Positions 41,803 through 54,363 of a DNA stretch of 64,000 nt are shown here, piece after piece; position 1 is the first letter of the stretch; every line of letters starts with the position of its first letter. The position numbers and the translations under genes are program-made. Origin of the DNA: a plasmid; sequence record NZ_CP110908.1; one strand, written 5' to 3'. The notes beneath the pieces were generated by a model. The model made no database searches, was not told where the DNA came from, and worked only from the letters and a program-made list of their open reading frames with translations.

Positions 41803-43542
41803 ATGTCATCTCTTGACTCTCTTGGCATTGAGTACAATTTAAAACAATCCTCATTAAAAGATGATTACTTATCCTTTTACGAGCGCGAAATATCATACAG
41901 ACTTCCTAATAGTTTTACCCTGCTAATCATAACGAATGAAAAAATAGAAGATGTTGCTTCGGTTTATTCAAAGAAATATCCACTATCAAAAATCATTGTC
42001 GCGTCATATGGATATGAAAGCTATACAACTTCGTTTTTAGATAATGTGGTTTTCCACGCTTTCATAAATCTAGATGCGCTTATCAATCAGATTTCTTTAA
42101 TTTATTTTGATGCGGTTATTGAACATAGCTCTAATCGAAAATCACATAAACTAAAACTGTTTAAGAAACTTTTCTTCAGATTACCAAAAGGAGGGGTTTA
42201 TTTCATCCAAGAATTACATGCTAAGTTTATTTCTGGATTAATCGATTGCGACGGCCCTGACATTCTTGACCTTATAAACGAAGTTTCCCAATTAAAAATA
42301 TCAAATAATGACAGAAGAAAAAACGCTGACCCTTATGCCGTAGCACTTGCTGAATGTTGCGAAAGTATATTTATAAAAAGTAAGTTAGGTGTCTTGGTCA
42401 AAGGTAAAGCTTCTTTCAAAAGTTTAAGAAGCAACGAAGCTAAAAACATGATCAACTCTGGTTCATTGAAAGGGAGTATAATTGTATCAAATGATAATGA
42501 ATTTGAATTTGTACATTCAATAACATCTGTTATAACTCCAACTGGTGAGCCATGGCGAAATCCAGCCAAATTTAAAATACCAGAATCGTTTTTAGCTAAA
42601 TACCAAAGTGTACATTGTGATGTTGGACAGATCGCATATATGGATGGATATTTGTTGCCCGATTCCTTTAGAATGCAGCATCACAAAAAACTTACAAATC
42701 GTAATATAATCTCTTTAGTAGCTGATATTTGTTTATTAAAAGATGAAAAACCAGATCCGATTCATCTTGCAGGTGAATACTTTTATCTTGATTCGGAATA
42801 TCCGGGTCATTTCGGGCATTTTACTTCTGAGGTAGTTTCAAGACTATGGGCATGGGAAGAGATTAAAACAAGATCTCCTAATGCAAAAGTATTAATTGGG
42901 CTTGAAAAAGGAAAATCATTGCCAAGTTTTATTGAAACTATATTATCATGTTATCACATTAGTAGAAATGAAATACAAACCTTCGATAGTAGTATCACTG
43001 TTGATGTTCTTTATGCTGCCACTCCTTACTATGCTATCGGCAATCACATAAATCCAAAAATAAAAGATGTTTGGGAGAGAATTGGTGAGAGTACTAATGA
43101 TGGTATTTCCGGGATTATTGGCAATCGATTATTTATTTCTAGACCTGAAGGCGGGGAAAGAAAATGTCTAAATGCTGAAAAACTAGAACGTATATTCTTT
43201 GAAAGAGGTTTTGAGTTTTACAACCCTGAAAAATATTCCTGGAAAGATCAGGTTAAAACATTTTCCAGTGCTGACGTTATTGCTGGCTATGCGGGAAGCG
43301 GCACTTTCAACACCATGTTTGCTAAAGGTTCTAAAAAAATATTTATCATTGGTTCAGACTCATATACTGCAACAAACGAGCATTATATCTGCGCCATTAA
43401 AGGTTATGATTTAAATTATTACCTTGGTGATTCATTAGTAAAACATGGCAATGTATTTTCACTAAAAGCATTTAAATCTGATTATAACTTTAATTATGAA
43501 CGAGATGAAGAATCACTCATTGATGCATTAAGTAAAATATAA
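41803..43542 (+). CDS. DUF563/GT61-like capsular glycosyltransferase (kps region 2)
   Basis: 579 aa; EYFYLDSEYPGHFGHFTSEVVSRLWAW matches the DUF563 core. Confidence 0.6.
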   Translation: MSSLDSLGIEYNLKQSSLKDDYLSFYEREISYRLPNSFTLLIITNEKIEDVASVYSKKYPLSKIIVASYGYESYTTSFLDNVVFHAFINLDALINQISLIYFDAVIEHSSNRKSHKLKLFKKLFFRLPKGGVYFIQELHAKFISGLIDCDGPDILDLINEVSQLKISNNDRRKNADPYAVALAECCESIFIKSKLGVLVKGKASFKSLRSNEAKNMINSGSLKGSIIVSNDNEFEFVHSITSVITPTGEPWRNPAKFKIPESFLAKYQSVHCDVGQIAYMDGYLLPDSFRMQHHKKLTNRNIISLVADICLLKDEKPDPIHLAGEYFYLDSEYPGHFGHFTSEVVSRLWAWEEIKTRSPNAKVLIGLEKGKSLPSFIETILSCYHISRNEIQTFDSSITVDVLYAATPYYAIGNHINPKIKDVWERIGESTNDGISGIIGNRLFISRPEGGERKCLNAEKLERIFFERGFEFYNPEKYSWKDQVKTFSSADVIAGYAGSGTFNTMFAKGSKKIFIIGSDSYTATNEHYICAIKGYDLNYYLGDSLVKHGNVFSLKAFKSDYNFNYERDEESLIDALSKI

Positions 43543-43650
43543 CCTATATTGGGTTGTTTTTTAAGTGCTATAATCTTCTCAAAGTCTGATGTAGCCCCCT
43601 GAAACACCGGACAGTAGCTGTATCTCCAGATAAGAGACAGGCTTGAATAT

Positions 43651-44046
43651 ATGTCTAACACTAACGCCAATTTTGAGATGACCGGGATCCTGTTAGGGCA
43701 AGAAGTCCGTAAACGTAAAACTCCTCAGGAGAAGATCGCCATTATCCAGCAGACGATGGAGCCGGGTATGAATGTCTCCCATGTCGCCCGCCTGCATGGT
43801 ATCCAGCCCAGCCTGCTGTTTAAGTGGAAGAAGCAATATCAGGAAGGCAGCCTCACCGCCGTTGCGGCTGGAGAGGAAGTCGTTCCTGCTTCTGAGCTTA
43901 CTGCTGCTCTGAAGCAGGTCCGGGAGCTTCAGCGCCTTCTGGGCAAGAAGACGATGGAAGTTGAGATCCTGAAAGAAGCCGTGGAGTACGGTCAGTCGCG
44001 AAAATGGATAGCGCACGCGCCCTTGTTGCCAAAGGACGGGGAATAG
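43651..44046 (+). CDS. IS3-family transposase OrfA
   Basis: Similar to IS2 InsC ([25 protein letters not shown]). Confidence 0.85.
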   Translation: MSNTNANFEMTGILLGQEVRKRKTPQEKIAIIQQTMEPGMNVSHVARLHGIQPSLLFKWKKQYQEGSLTAVAAGEEVVPASELTAALKQVRELQRLLGKKTMEVEILKEAVEYGQSRKWIAHAPLLPKDGE

Positions 44047-44885
44047 CCATGGTCTGCCGGACCATGGGCGTGTCGCGTGCGCAACTGTCACTGCGGATTA
44101 ACCGTTCTGCCGACTGGCAGGACAGGCGCTGTAACCGGCGTAATGAAGAAGCAGACGCAGAAATACTGTCGGCTATCCTCAACATTATCAGCGATATGCC
44201 GAGTTATGGTTATCGACGCGTGTGGGGCATCCTGCGCAAGCAACGTCGCACAGAGGGACAGCTACCTGTGAATGCCAAACGGCTTTACAGGATAATGCGT
44301 GAGCATAACCTGTTGTTGTTGCATCACAAACCAGAGCGACCGAAGCGTGAACATAAGGGCAAGATAGCGGTGGCAGAAAGCGATATGCGCTGGTGTTCAG
44401 ATGGCTTCGAGTTCGGCTGCGACAACGGCGAAAAACTGCGGGTAACGTTCGCGCTGGACTGCTGCGACCGTGAGGCCATAGACTGGGCAGCAAGCACGGG
44501 AGGCTATGACAGTTCGACCGTGCAGGATGTGATGCTGAGGTCGGTGGAAAAGCGCTTCGGCGACAGGTTGCCCGACACAGCGGTGCAGTGGCTGACGGAT
44601 AACGGTTCAGCGTATACCGCGTATGAAACGCGGAGGTTCGCGAGAGAGCTGAATCTGGAGCCCTGCACAACAGCGGTGAGCAGCCCGCAGAGTAATGGCA
44701 TGGCCGAACGGTTCGTGAAAACGATGAAAGAAGACTATATCGCGTTCATGCCAAAACCGGATGTGAGAACAGCACTGCGAAACCTTGCAGTAGCGTTCAC
44801 GCATTACAATGAAAACCACCCGCACAGCGCGCTGGGATATCACTCCCCGAGGGAATACCGGCGGCAGCGGACATCGTTAACTTAA
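44004..44885 (+). CDS. IS3-family transposase OrfB
   Basis: 293 aa, similar to IS2 InsD. Confidence 0.85.
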   Translation: MDSARALVAKGRGIAMVCRTMGVSRAQLSLRINRSADWQDRRCNRRNEEADAEILSAILNIISDMPSYGYRRVWGILRKQRRTEGQLPVNAKRLYRIMREHNLLLLHHKPERPKREHKGKIAVAESDMRWCSDGFEFGCDNGEKLRVTFALDCCDREAIDWAASTGGYDSSTVQDVMLRSVEKRFGDRLPDTAVQWLTDNGSAYTAYETRRFARELNLEPCTTAVSSPQSNGMAERFVKTMKEDYIAFMPKPDVRTALRNLAVAFTHYNENHPHSALGYHSPREYRRQRTSLT

Positions 44886-44949
44886 GATACAAAAGCTGTT
44901 CGGAGATGGAGGGTCAAGATCAAATCTTCTCAAAGTCACTCATTGAAAA

Positions 44950-45272
44950 AAACAATTAGAGCATAGTTCGACGTGGCGGTGGATATCCGTAAAAGCTCCC
45001 CGACCTTTGGTCAGTGGGTGGGCGTGCATCTGTCTGGCGAGAACAAGCGTCAGCTGTGGATCCCGGAAGGTTTCGCCCACGGCTTTATGACCCTGAGCGA
45101 CACCGCAGAGTTCCTGTACAAAACCACCAACTACTATGCGCCGGAGAGCGACCGTGGCATCCGCTGGAACGATGAGACCATTGCGATTACATGGCCGGAA
45201 ATCGACAGCGAGATCCTCACCTCCGCCAAAGACAGCGTTGCCAAATCCTTCCCTGACGCAGAGTACTTCTGA
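44950..45272 (+). pseudogene. rmlC: dTDP-4-dehydrorhamnose 3,5-epimerase (RmlC) 3' fragment
   Basis: ...WIPEGFAHGFMTLSDTAEFLYKTTNYYAPESDRGIRWNDETI... C-terminal RmlC sequence with no N-terminus; followed by hairpin CACGCCCCGCAGTGACGCGGGGCGTTTT. Confidence 0.75.
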
Positions 45273-45307
45273 GTCACACGCCCCGCAGTGACGCGGGGCG
45301 TTTTCTG

Positions 45308-47326
45308 ATGCACAGAGCGCACATGAAATTCTATACAGGTTCAGCCGGGATCCTGGCCCGAAAGGCACAGCTCGAGCCGATGCTGGGTCACCCGTTACAC
45401 GCCTTCAAATCCAGCATGCAGCTGGCGCAGGACGATGTACTGGTCGGCTGGGGCCAAAAAGCTAATACCCGCCAAATAAAACAAAAAGCCCAGGACCTCG
45501 GCCTGCCGTACTGGCAGCTGGAAGATGGCTTTATCGGTTATATTGGCCACCCCGCCAGAGGGGGCAAGGCCGTCTCCCTGATCGCAGATCCTGTGGGCAT
45601 TTACTACGACGCTCGCCAGCCCAGCCGCCTTGAGCAGCTGATCGCCACCCCGTGCGATACCATGCTGCTGGCGCGGGCTGAAGCGCTGACCAGCGAACTG
45701 CTGCGTCTTGGCATCACCAAGTACAATTGCTATGCCGCGGGCAGCGCTCTACCCGACGCGCTGGCCGCCCGCCTGCACAGCGACGCCCGTCCTAAGGTGC
45801 TACTGATCGACCAGGTTGCGGGGGATCTCTCCATTCCCGGCGCGCTCGCCAGCGAGGCGGATTTTGTTGAAATGGTTGCCGCTGCGCGGCGTAACCACCC
45901 CGGCGCCCGCCTGCTGCTGCGTACCCATCCGGATACCCGGCTGGGCAAGAAGCGCGGCGTGCTGGCGCAGATGCAGCTGGATGACGTGGAAAGGGTCACC
46001 GATCACTGCCATCCTCATGCCCTGCTGAATGAGGTGGAAGCAGTCTATACCGTCTCCTCGCAGATGGGGTTTGAAGCCCTGCTGCTGGGCAAAGCGGTCT
46101 GGTGCTTCGGCATGCCGTTTTACGCCGGCTGGGGATTGACCCATGACAGCAAATCCTGCCCGCGTCGCCAGGCGCAGATTAGCCTGCCGCAGCTGGTGGC
46201 AGCGGCGCTGATCCTCTATCCCCGCTATCTGGATCCGGTGCTGGGCCAGCGCTGCGAAGTGGAGCAGGTGCTTGAGGTCATTGCGGATCAGCTGAATCCG
46301 GCCCCGCGCTATCGCCGTCTGTATATGGTGGGCTTCTCGCTGTGGAAACGCGCCTTTATGCGCGCCTTCTGTCAGCCGCTGGCTGAGGAGCTGCGCTTTG
46401 TGCGCACCCCGCCCAAACGGCTGGCCGCTGACGAGCAGGTGCTGGTGTGGGGCAGTCGTTATCCCGAACTGGCAAACGCAATTCGGGTGGAGGATGGTTT
46501 TATCCGCTCCCGGGGACTGGGCTCGAACCTGTGCCGCCCTTCCTCGCTCTCCATCGACCCGGTGGGGATCTACTTCGACAGCCGCCATCCGAGCGGGCTG
46601 GAGCAGTTGCTCAACCAGCAGCAGCTCAGCGAACAGGCGCTGGAACGCGGCGCCGCGCTGGTGGACATGCTCCGCCAGCATGGGGTCAGCAAGTATAACG
46701 TCGGCACCGTGCAGCCGTTCACCGCGCCGGCCGACGGGCGAGCGCTGGTGCTGGTGGTGGGCCAGGTCGATGGCGATGCCTCGATCCTCACCGGCAGCCC
46801 GGTCATTCGCAGCAATGAACAGCTGCTGTGGGCCGTGCGTGCCGCCCGGCCAGAAGCGCATATCCTGTTTAAACCGCATCCGGACGTGGTGGCGGGAAAC
46901 CGGGCCGGTGCCATCTCGGCCGAATGCCTGGCGCGCTGCGTTGACAGCCAGGTGCTGGATCTCGGTCTCACCAGTCTCTATCCCCATGTGGATGAGCTGC
47001 ATACCATGACCTCCCTCAGCGGGTTCGAAGCGCTGGTGCAGGGAGTGAAGGTCGCTACATGGGGCCAGCCGTTCTACAGCGGCTGGGGGCTGACCGAAGA
47101 TATCCACCCGGCGGAGCGCCGTCAGCGCACCCTGCCCCTGGCGGCACTGGTTTACCTGACGCTGGTCGCCTATCCGCGCTATATCGACTGGCAGAGTGGC
47201 CTGTGGATGAGCCCGGAACAACTGATCCGCCAGCTGGCAGCGCAGGGAAACTCCTCATCGCAGAAGGCCAGCCGCTGGCAGCGCTGGCAGATCAAGCTGA
47301 GCTATCTGGCACAAACATTTCGTTAG
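45308..47326 (+). CDS. kpsC: Capsule polysaccharide export protein KpsC (beta-Kdo transferase)
   Basis: 672 aa, duplicated KpsC domains; ~60 percent GC. Confidence 0.85.
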   Translation: MHRAHMKFYTGSAGILARKAQLEPMLGHPLHAFKSSMQLAQDDVLVGWGQKANTRQIKQKAQDLGLPYWQLEDGFIGYIGHPARGGKAVSLIADPVGIYYDARQPSRLEQLIATPCDTMLLARAEALTSELLRLGITKYNCYAAGSALPDALAARLHSDARPKVLLIDQVAGDLSIPGALASEADFVEMVAAARRNHPGARLLLRTHPDTRLGKKRGVLAQMQLDDVERVTDHCHPHALLNEVEAVYTVSSQMGFEALLLGKAVWCFGMPFYAGWGLTHDSKSCPRRQAQISLPQLVAAALILYPRYLDPVLGQRCEVEQVLEVIADQLNPAPRYRRLYMVGFSLWKRAFMRAFCQPLAEELRFVRTPPKRLAADEQVLVWGSRYPELANAIRVEDGFIRSRGLGSNLCRPSSLSIDPVGIYFDSRHPSGLEQLLNQQQLSEQALERGAALVDMLRQHGVSKYNVGTVQPFTAPADGRALVLVVGQVDGDASILTGSPVIRSNEQLLWAVRAARPEAHILFKPHPDVVAGNRAGAISAECLARCVDSQVLDLGLTSLYPHVDELHTMTSLSGFEALVQGVKVATWGQPFYSGWGLTEDIHPAERRQRTLPLAALVYLTLVAYPRYIDWQSGLWMSPEQLIRQLAAQGNSSSQKASRWQRWQIKLSYLAQTFR

Positions 47327-47415
47327 CACACTATTTATCCCGATTTATTAAAGAAAAACGGTCATCAAGCCGTTAACTCACCTGTCTCATCAACGGAACC
47401 GATCTGGGAAAAAAA

Positions 47416-48660
47416 ATGGAAGAGCAAGCTATCCGCCATCTGCTGAATGGCCGCCGATATCTTTTATTACAAGGACCGATGGGCCCCTGCTTTTCACGTC
47501 TGGCAAGCTGGTTGCAGAGCAGCAAGCGTGAAGTGAAGCAGGTCTGCTTTAATGCCGGGGACTCATGGTATGCCGCGAAAGAGACCGCGCTGCACTACAC
47601 CGGCTCAGTAAAAAATTTTGCCTTCTGGCTGCGCGAGTTACATAAAACCTACCCCTTCGACACCATCGTCTGTTTTGGTGACTGTCGCCCGATGCATATC
47701 GAAGCGAAGAAGTGGGCGCGCAGCAAATCCATCGACTTCCTGGCATTTGAAGAGGGCTATTTCCGTCCCTTCTACATCACCCTGGAAAAAGGGGGCGTGA
47801 ATGCCTTCTCCTCGATGCCCATTGATGCGAAGTATTATCGCGAGCAGCCGCTGCCGGAGCTGAAAACCCCAACGCCGTGGAAACCGAGTTCCTTTAACCG
47901 TGCCGCCCATGCCATGCTCTACTATGCGGCGGGCTGGTTTGGCCGCCATCGCTACCGGGGCTACCGCCACCACAAGTCGTTCTCCCCGTGGTATGAGATG
48001 CGCTGCTGGTTCCGCGCCGGTCGCCGTAAGCTGTGGTATCGCTGGCAGCAGCGCCACATGCTGAGCCATATCACTGAAAAACTGGATAACCAGTACTACC
48101 TGGCAATTTTGCAGGTCTACAACGACAGCCAGATTATTCATCACAGCCCGTATAAAGACGTGCGTGACTATATTGAAACCGTGATCCGCTCCTTTGCCCG
48201 CCATGCGTCGAAAGAGCGCTATCTGGTGTTCAAGCATCACCCGATGGATCGTGGTCACCGTTTTTACGGCATCCTGATTAACAAGCTGACCGAAAAGTAT
48301 GACGTCAGCGGCCGGGTGCTCTATGTCCACGATCTCTCCCTGCCCGCCCTACTGACCCACACCCGGGGCGTGATCACCGTGAACAGCACCGCCGGCCTGT
48401 CGGCGCTGATCCATAACAAGCCGCTCAAGGTGATGGGCAAAGCGCTGTACGACATCGAAGGGTTAACCTGGCAGGGGCCGCTGAACCAGTTCTGGCAGGC
48501 GGATTTTGCTCCAGATGCAAAACTGTTCCAGCGTTTTCGTACCCACCTGCTCTATCAAACGCAGATCAACGCCGTCTTTTACGGCAAGTCCGACTGGCTG
48601 AACATCCCGACAGAAATTCCCCTGACGACACCGCTTGCCGATTCCGAGCTCGAACGCTAA
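47416..48660 (+). CDS. kpsS: Capsule polysaccharide export protein KpsS
   Basis: 414 aa (RYLLLQGPMGPCFSRLASWLQ..., CFGDCRPMH). Confidence 0.85.
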   Translation: MEEQAIRHLLNGRRYLLLQGPMGPCFSRLASWLQSSKREVKQVCFNAGDSWYAAKETALHYTGSVKNFAFWLRELHKTYPFDTIVCFGDCRPMHIEAKKWARSKSIDFLAFEEGYFRPFYITLEKGGVNAFSSMPIDAKYYREQPLPELKTPTPWKPSSFNRAAHAMLYYAAGWFGRHRYRGYRHHKSFSPWYEMRCWFRAGRRKLWYRWQQRHMLSHITEKLDNQYYLAILQVYNDSQIIHHSPYKDVRDYIETVIRSFARHASKERYLVFKHHPMDRGHRFYGILINKLTEKYDVSGRVLYVHDLSLPALLTHTRGVITVNSTAGLSALIHNKPLKVMGKALYDIEGLTWQGPLNQFWQADFAPDAKLFQRFRTHLLYQTQINAVFYGKSDWLNIPTEIPLTTPLADSELER

Positions 48661-48772
48661 TTCATCTCCACGCCGGGGAAATTGCCCCGGCGGATCCGAT
48701 CTCTACCGCGCTTTTATCCCGCCGCTGTAAAAATCCCTAATGTTTATCCCAATTCTGGCCGTTATAACCTAA

Positions 48773-51063
<2,291 letters not shown>

Positions 51064-51526
51064 TGTGGGAGGAAAATAAAGTGTCATCCTAACTACAGGA
51101 CCCTGCAACGTAGCAATTCCTGCAAAAATCCATTTAAAACAATGACTTATTTCAATTCTGCCATCTGCAAGCGTTTTGTGGGGATGGAGGCCGGAATCAT
51201 TAAAGTATCATCCTAATTTTCGCTCAACCTTGGAAAATGCTGAGAATCGTAAAAATAAAGTTTCATCCTTTCCGCTACTAGTTCAAGGCTTTCTTCCGGC
51301 CGCCGGCAACAACGCTGCTTGGCTGAGGCGATCCACTTGCGCTACCGCTCACTGATCAGATCGAACTTGAACTCGACGAGCAGCCAACCATCAGGCCGAG
51401 CGTGATCGCCAAAAAAAACGGATCATGCGAAATCCTTCGTTGAGTTTGGCGCGGGTTTTAGCAAATCAGCTGGCCCGCGATCCGGTTGAGAGTGATCCGA
51501 AGCGGTCCTTGACGACCGGCACAAAT
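51064..51526. other. Unassigned 460-bp AT-rich fragment with three direct repeats of TAAAGTNTCATCCT
   Basis: AAAATAAAGTGTCATCCT (51073-51090), ATTAAAGTATCATCCT (51198-51213), AAAAATAAAGTTTCATCCT (51251-51269). Confidence 0.4.
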
Positions 51527-53143
51527 CGGCCGATTCTGTTGAAAAAGTAGCTTTAGCGGCAGCCTGCCGATCAGGTGTGCCTGCTGTCGAAGTGGCTGCA
51601 AGCCACTTCAAGTTGCCTTCCGGCGTTTCACTGAGCGTCCTTGCTCAGGTTTAAGGGTTAATTTGAGGGTTTCTGCTCGTAGCAGGCATACCTATCCCGT
51701 CAGCGGTGGCCCTTGAGGCAAAAGCTTGGCCATGCGGCGCAGGTTCTGCACCATCGCAGCCAAGGTGAATTCGTCAGTGGCACCCGTTAGGCCACGCAGT
51801 CGTAAACGGTCGAGTTTCATGATCCGTTTGAGGTGGGCGAAAAGCATCTCCACCTTCTTTCGTTCGCAGCGAGAGACGAGGTACTCCGGTGTCTTGGCGA
51901 TGCGTCGAGCCACGTCGCGGGCAGCCTCATGGATGCTGCGGACGATCTTCCGATTCGGCGTGTTGGGGCAGCATTTCGCTTTCAACGGGCAGGTGGCGCA
52001 GTCGGTTTGGCTGGAGCGGTAAATGACGGTTTTGGCCTTAGTTACCCGCGACCTTTGCTGGGTGAAGGCGCGCCATTCACTGCGTAGCGGTTTGCCGGCT
52101 GGGCAGCGATATTCATTGGCGTCCTGACTCCAGTGAAAGTCGTTACTGGAGAGGCTGTCGTCCTTGCGCTCGGTCTTGTCCCACACCGGCACATGCGGTT
52201 CGATGTCCTTTTCTTCGACCATCCAGGCCAGCATCGGGGCGGTGCCATAAGCGGTATCGCCGATAAGGCGTTCCGGTGTGAGATCGAACTGCGCCTCGAC
52301 ACGCTCGACCATCGTCCTAGTCGAATCGACTTCGGCGGTACGGTGCGCCGGGGTAGCTTCCACGTCCATGATCACACCGTGCTCAGTGTCGATCAGGTAA
52401 TTCGTGGAGTAGGCAAAAAAGGCCGGGCCACCTGGCGCTGCTGTCCAACGGGACTGAGGATCAGTGAGCGAAATTTTCTTGGGAAGAGCCTCAGCCAGCG
52501 CCTCTTCATCAAGGGCTTCGAGGTACTCGCGCACTGCGCGGCTGCTGAGCTTTGGATCGTTCCAATCGACCTCATCTCCCGCCACCCCACGTTGCCGGCT
52601 GGCATCCGCCTTAATGATGCTGGCGTCGACGGCGAAACCTTCACCCTTGACTAGGCCGGCTGCCATGCAGCGCCGCAGCACCTCATTGAATAACCAGCGG
52701 AATAGATCGCTGTCACGAAAACGCCCATGGCGATTCTTCGAGAAGGTCGAGTGATTGGGGACTTCGTCTTCCAGACCCAACCGGCAGAACCAGCGATAGG
52801 CCAGGTTCAGGTGCACCTCTTCGCACAATCGCCGCTCGGAACGAATGCCATAGCAGTAGCCGACGACCAGCATGCGCACCATCAACTCCGGGTCAATCGA
52901 GGGACGCCCGATGGGGCTATAGAAATCTGCCAGGTAGGCACGTAGATCACTGAGATCCAAGCACTGGTCGATGCTGCGCAGGAGATGTTGGGCCGGGACG
53001 TGATCTTCCAGATTGAACGAGTAGAACAGGCGCTGCTGTCCTCCCGGTAACTGTCCCATCATGCTGTTCGCCCCCACGCTCGCTGACAAAGCAATTTTGC
53101 CAACGGCATGGGGAGGCCGCTACTTTTTCAACAGAATCGGCCG
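51527..53143 (-). mobile_element. IS1182-family element (ISCfr1-like), 1617 bp
   Basis: Perfect 25-bp terminal IRs CGGCCGATTCTGTTGAAAAAGTAGC (51527-51551 and 53119-53143); 465-aa DDE transposase. Confidence 0.75.
51692..53089 (-). CDS. IS1182-family transposase
   Basis: 465 aa. Confidence 0.8.
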   Translation of the reverse strand: MSASVGANSMMGQLPGGQQRLFYSFNLEDHVPAQHLLRSIDQCLDLSDLRAYLADFYSPIGRPSIDPELMVRMLVVGYCYGIRSERRLCEEVHLNLAYRWFCRLGLEDEVPNHSTFSKNRHGRFRDSDLFRWLFNEVLRRCMAAGLVKGEGFAVDASIIKADASRQRGVAGDEVDWNDPKLSSRAVREYLEALDEEALAEALPKKISLTDPQSRWTAAPGGPAFFAYSTNYLIDTEHGVIMDVEATPAHRTAEVDSTRTMVERVEAQFDLTPERLIGDTAYGTAPMLAWMVEEKDIEPHVPVWDKTERKDDSLSSNDFHWSQDANEYRCPAGKPLRSEWRAFTQQRSRVTKAKTVIYRSSQTDCATCPLKAKCCPNTPNRKIVRSIHEAARDVARRIAKTPEYLVSRCERKKVEMLFAHLKRIMKLDRLRLRGLTGATDEFTLAAMVQNLRRMAKLLPQGPPLTG

Positions 53144-53176
53144 CACACAGCCATTCGGCTCAACAGAACCCTGCCT

Positions 53177-54333
53177 TTACCCCACCAAACTCCGGAAACT
53201 CGCCCGGTAGTCCGTCGGCTTGAGATGCACATGTTGGCTGAGGTCGCCGGGTAGCGTGAACAGGCGCGGACCGTCCCGAAACTGGAACACGCGATACAGA
53301 TGGAATTGATCGCCCGCCTCCTTGGAGAATTCGAGTTCGTTGTGGCTGACCAAGAAAGACGAGCCTACCCCGCCATTGGTGGTTTTCACCTCGATGAAGC
53401 GCTCATGGGCGTCCTCTTCGAACGACAGGATGTCGAACCCCGCACCGTCTCCCTGGGTGTCGGACACCCAATCCAGCCGCTGAAAAAGCTCTGGGTGGCC
53501 GAGCTCGGTCAGGCGTTGCTGTTCGTAGCCAATCACCCACTGCTCCCCTGCCCGGCCCAGCTTGCGGTTGGCTTCATCGCGAGCGGCATAATCGAACTTT
53601 CGCGGTAGGCGTTGCCGTAGAGATGCCGGGGTACGCACAAGCACTTCACGGGCGGGTGGTTCTACCAAAGCCGCTCGGTAGGTTTTGTCACCCGGAAGTT
53701 TTACCTCCTCCAGGGCATCGACAAGAGCGCCGACCGTCTGCTGATGTTCCAGAACGTAGGCGTGTACGGATTTACGCAGCAGCAGTTGGCTGTTGCCGCG
53801 TGGCTTGTAGCCGTTGATATAGGGCAGGCCCAGGGCATCGAGTACGGCGCTAATGTTCTGGTGCTTGAGCTCGACTGAAGACTTGCTGCGACCGTTCAGC
53901 AGTTGGCGCAGTGCCTGGTTGTGCTCGGACTTGTGGTACGGCTCCCCAGCCGCCTCGGCACGCAGCATGTCGAAATAGTCTTCGACCGTGGCCAGGACCT
54001 CTTCTTCGGACCAGTCTTCGCCGATGCGAATGATGCGAAACCCGAGCCGCGTCAGCGCCGGAACGACGGTCGTCTCGCCACCGGAGAAGCTGTCAGCAGT
54101 GAGCGGGCCCTGCTCGGGAAATTGCTTGCCGAAGGCCACACCGGCGATGGCCTTGGAATCGCAATCGGTGCCGGTCTTCGGATCACGTACCAGGAAGTCG
54201 CGGGACTTGCCGTAGCCGTGGCGCGCCAGGAATTTCGTGCGGCCCAGTTGCACGAACTCATCGATGGCAGCCTGCACGGCGGCGGGGCTTCGAAGCTGGG
54301 AGAGTTGAGACACAGGGTCCTTCCTTACTGTCA
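53177..54333 (-). CDS. DUF3883-domain protein (C-terminal NO VEIN-like domain), possible defence-related
   Basis: C-terminal WVIGYEQQRLTELGHPELF...GAGFDILSFEEDAHERFIEVKTTNGGV...HLYRVFQF matches DUF3883; start trimmed to MTVRKDPVSQ (uncertain). Confidence 0.55.
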
Positions 54334-54363
54334 TGGTGTGCCGGGAACCGCCGAGCCACGAGA

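Larger units (their letters stand above)
43587..44922 (+). mobile_element. IS3-family element (IS2 subgroup-like), 1336 bp, flanked by a 15-bp direct repeat AATCTTCTCAAAGTC
   Basis: Imperfect IRs TGATGTAGCCCCCTGAAACACC and GGAGGGTCAAGATCA; orfA/orfB with -1 frame overlap. Confidence 0.75.

Noticed and set aside
45800-47221. 473-aa minus-strand ORF
   Set aside because: It lies entirely antisense to kpsC in about 60 percent GC DNA. Long antisense ORFs are expected there, and kpsC carries the recognisable homology.
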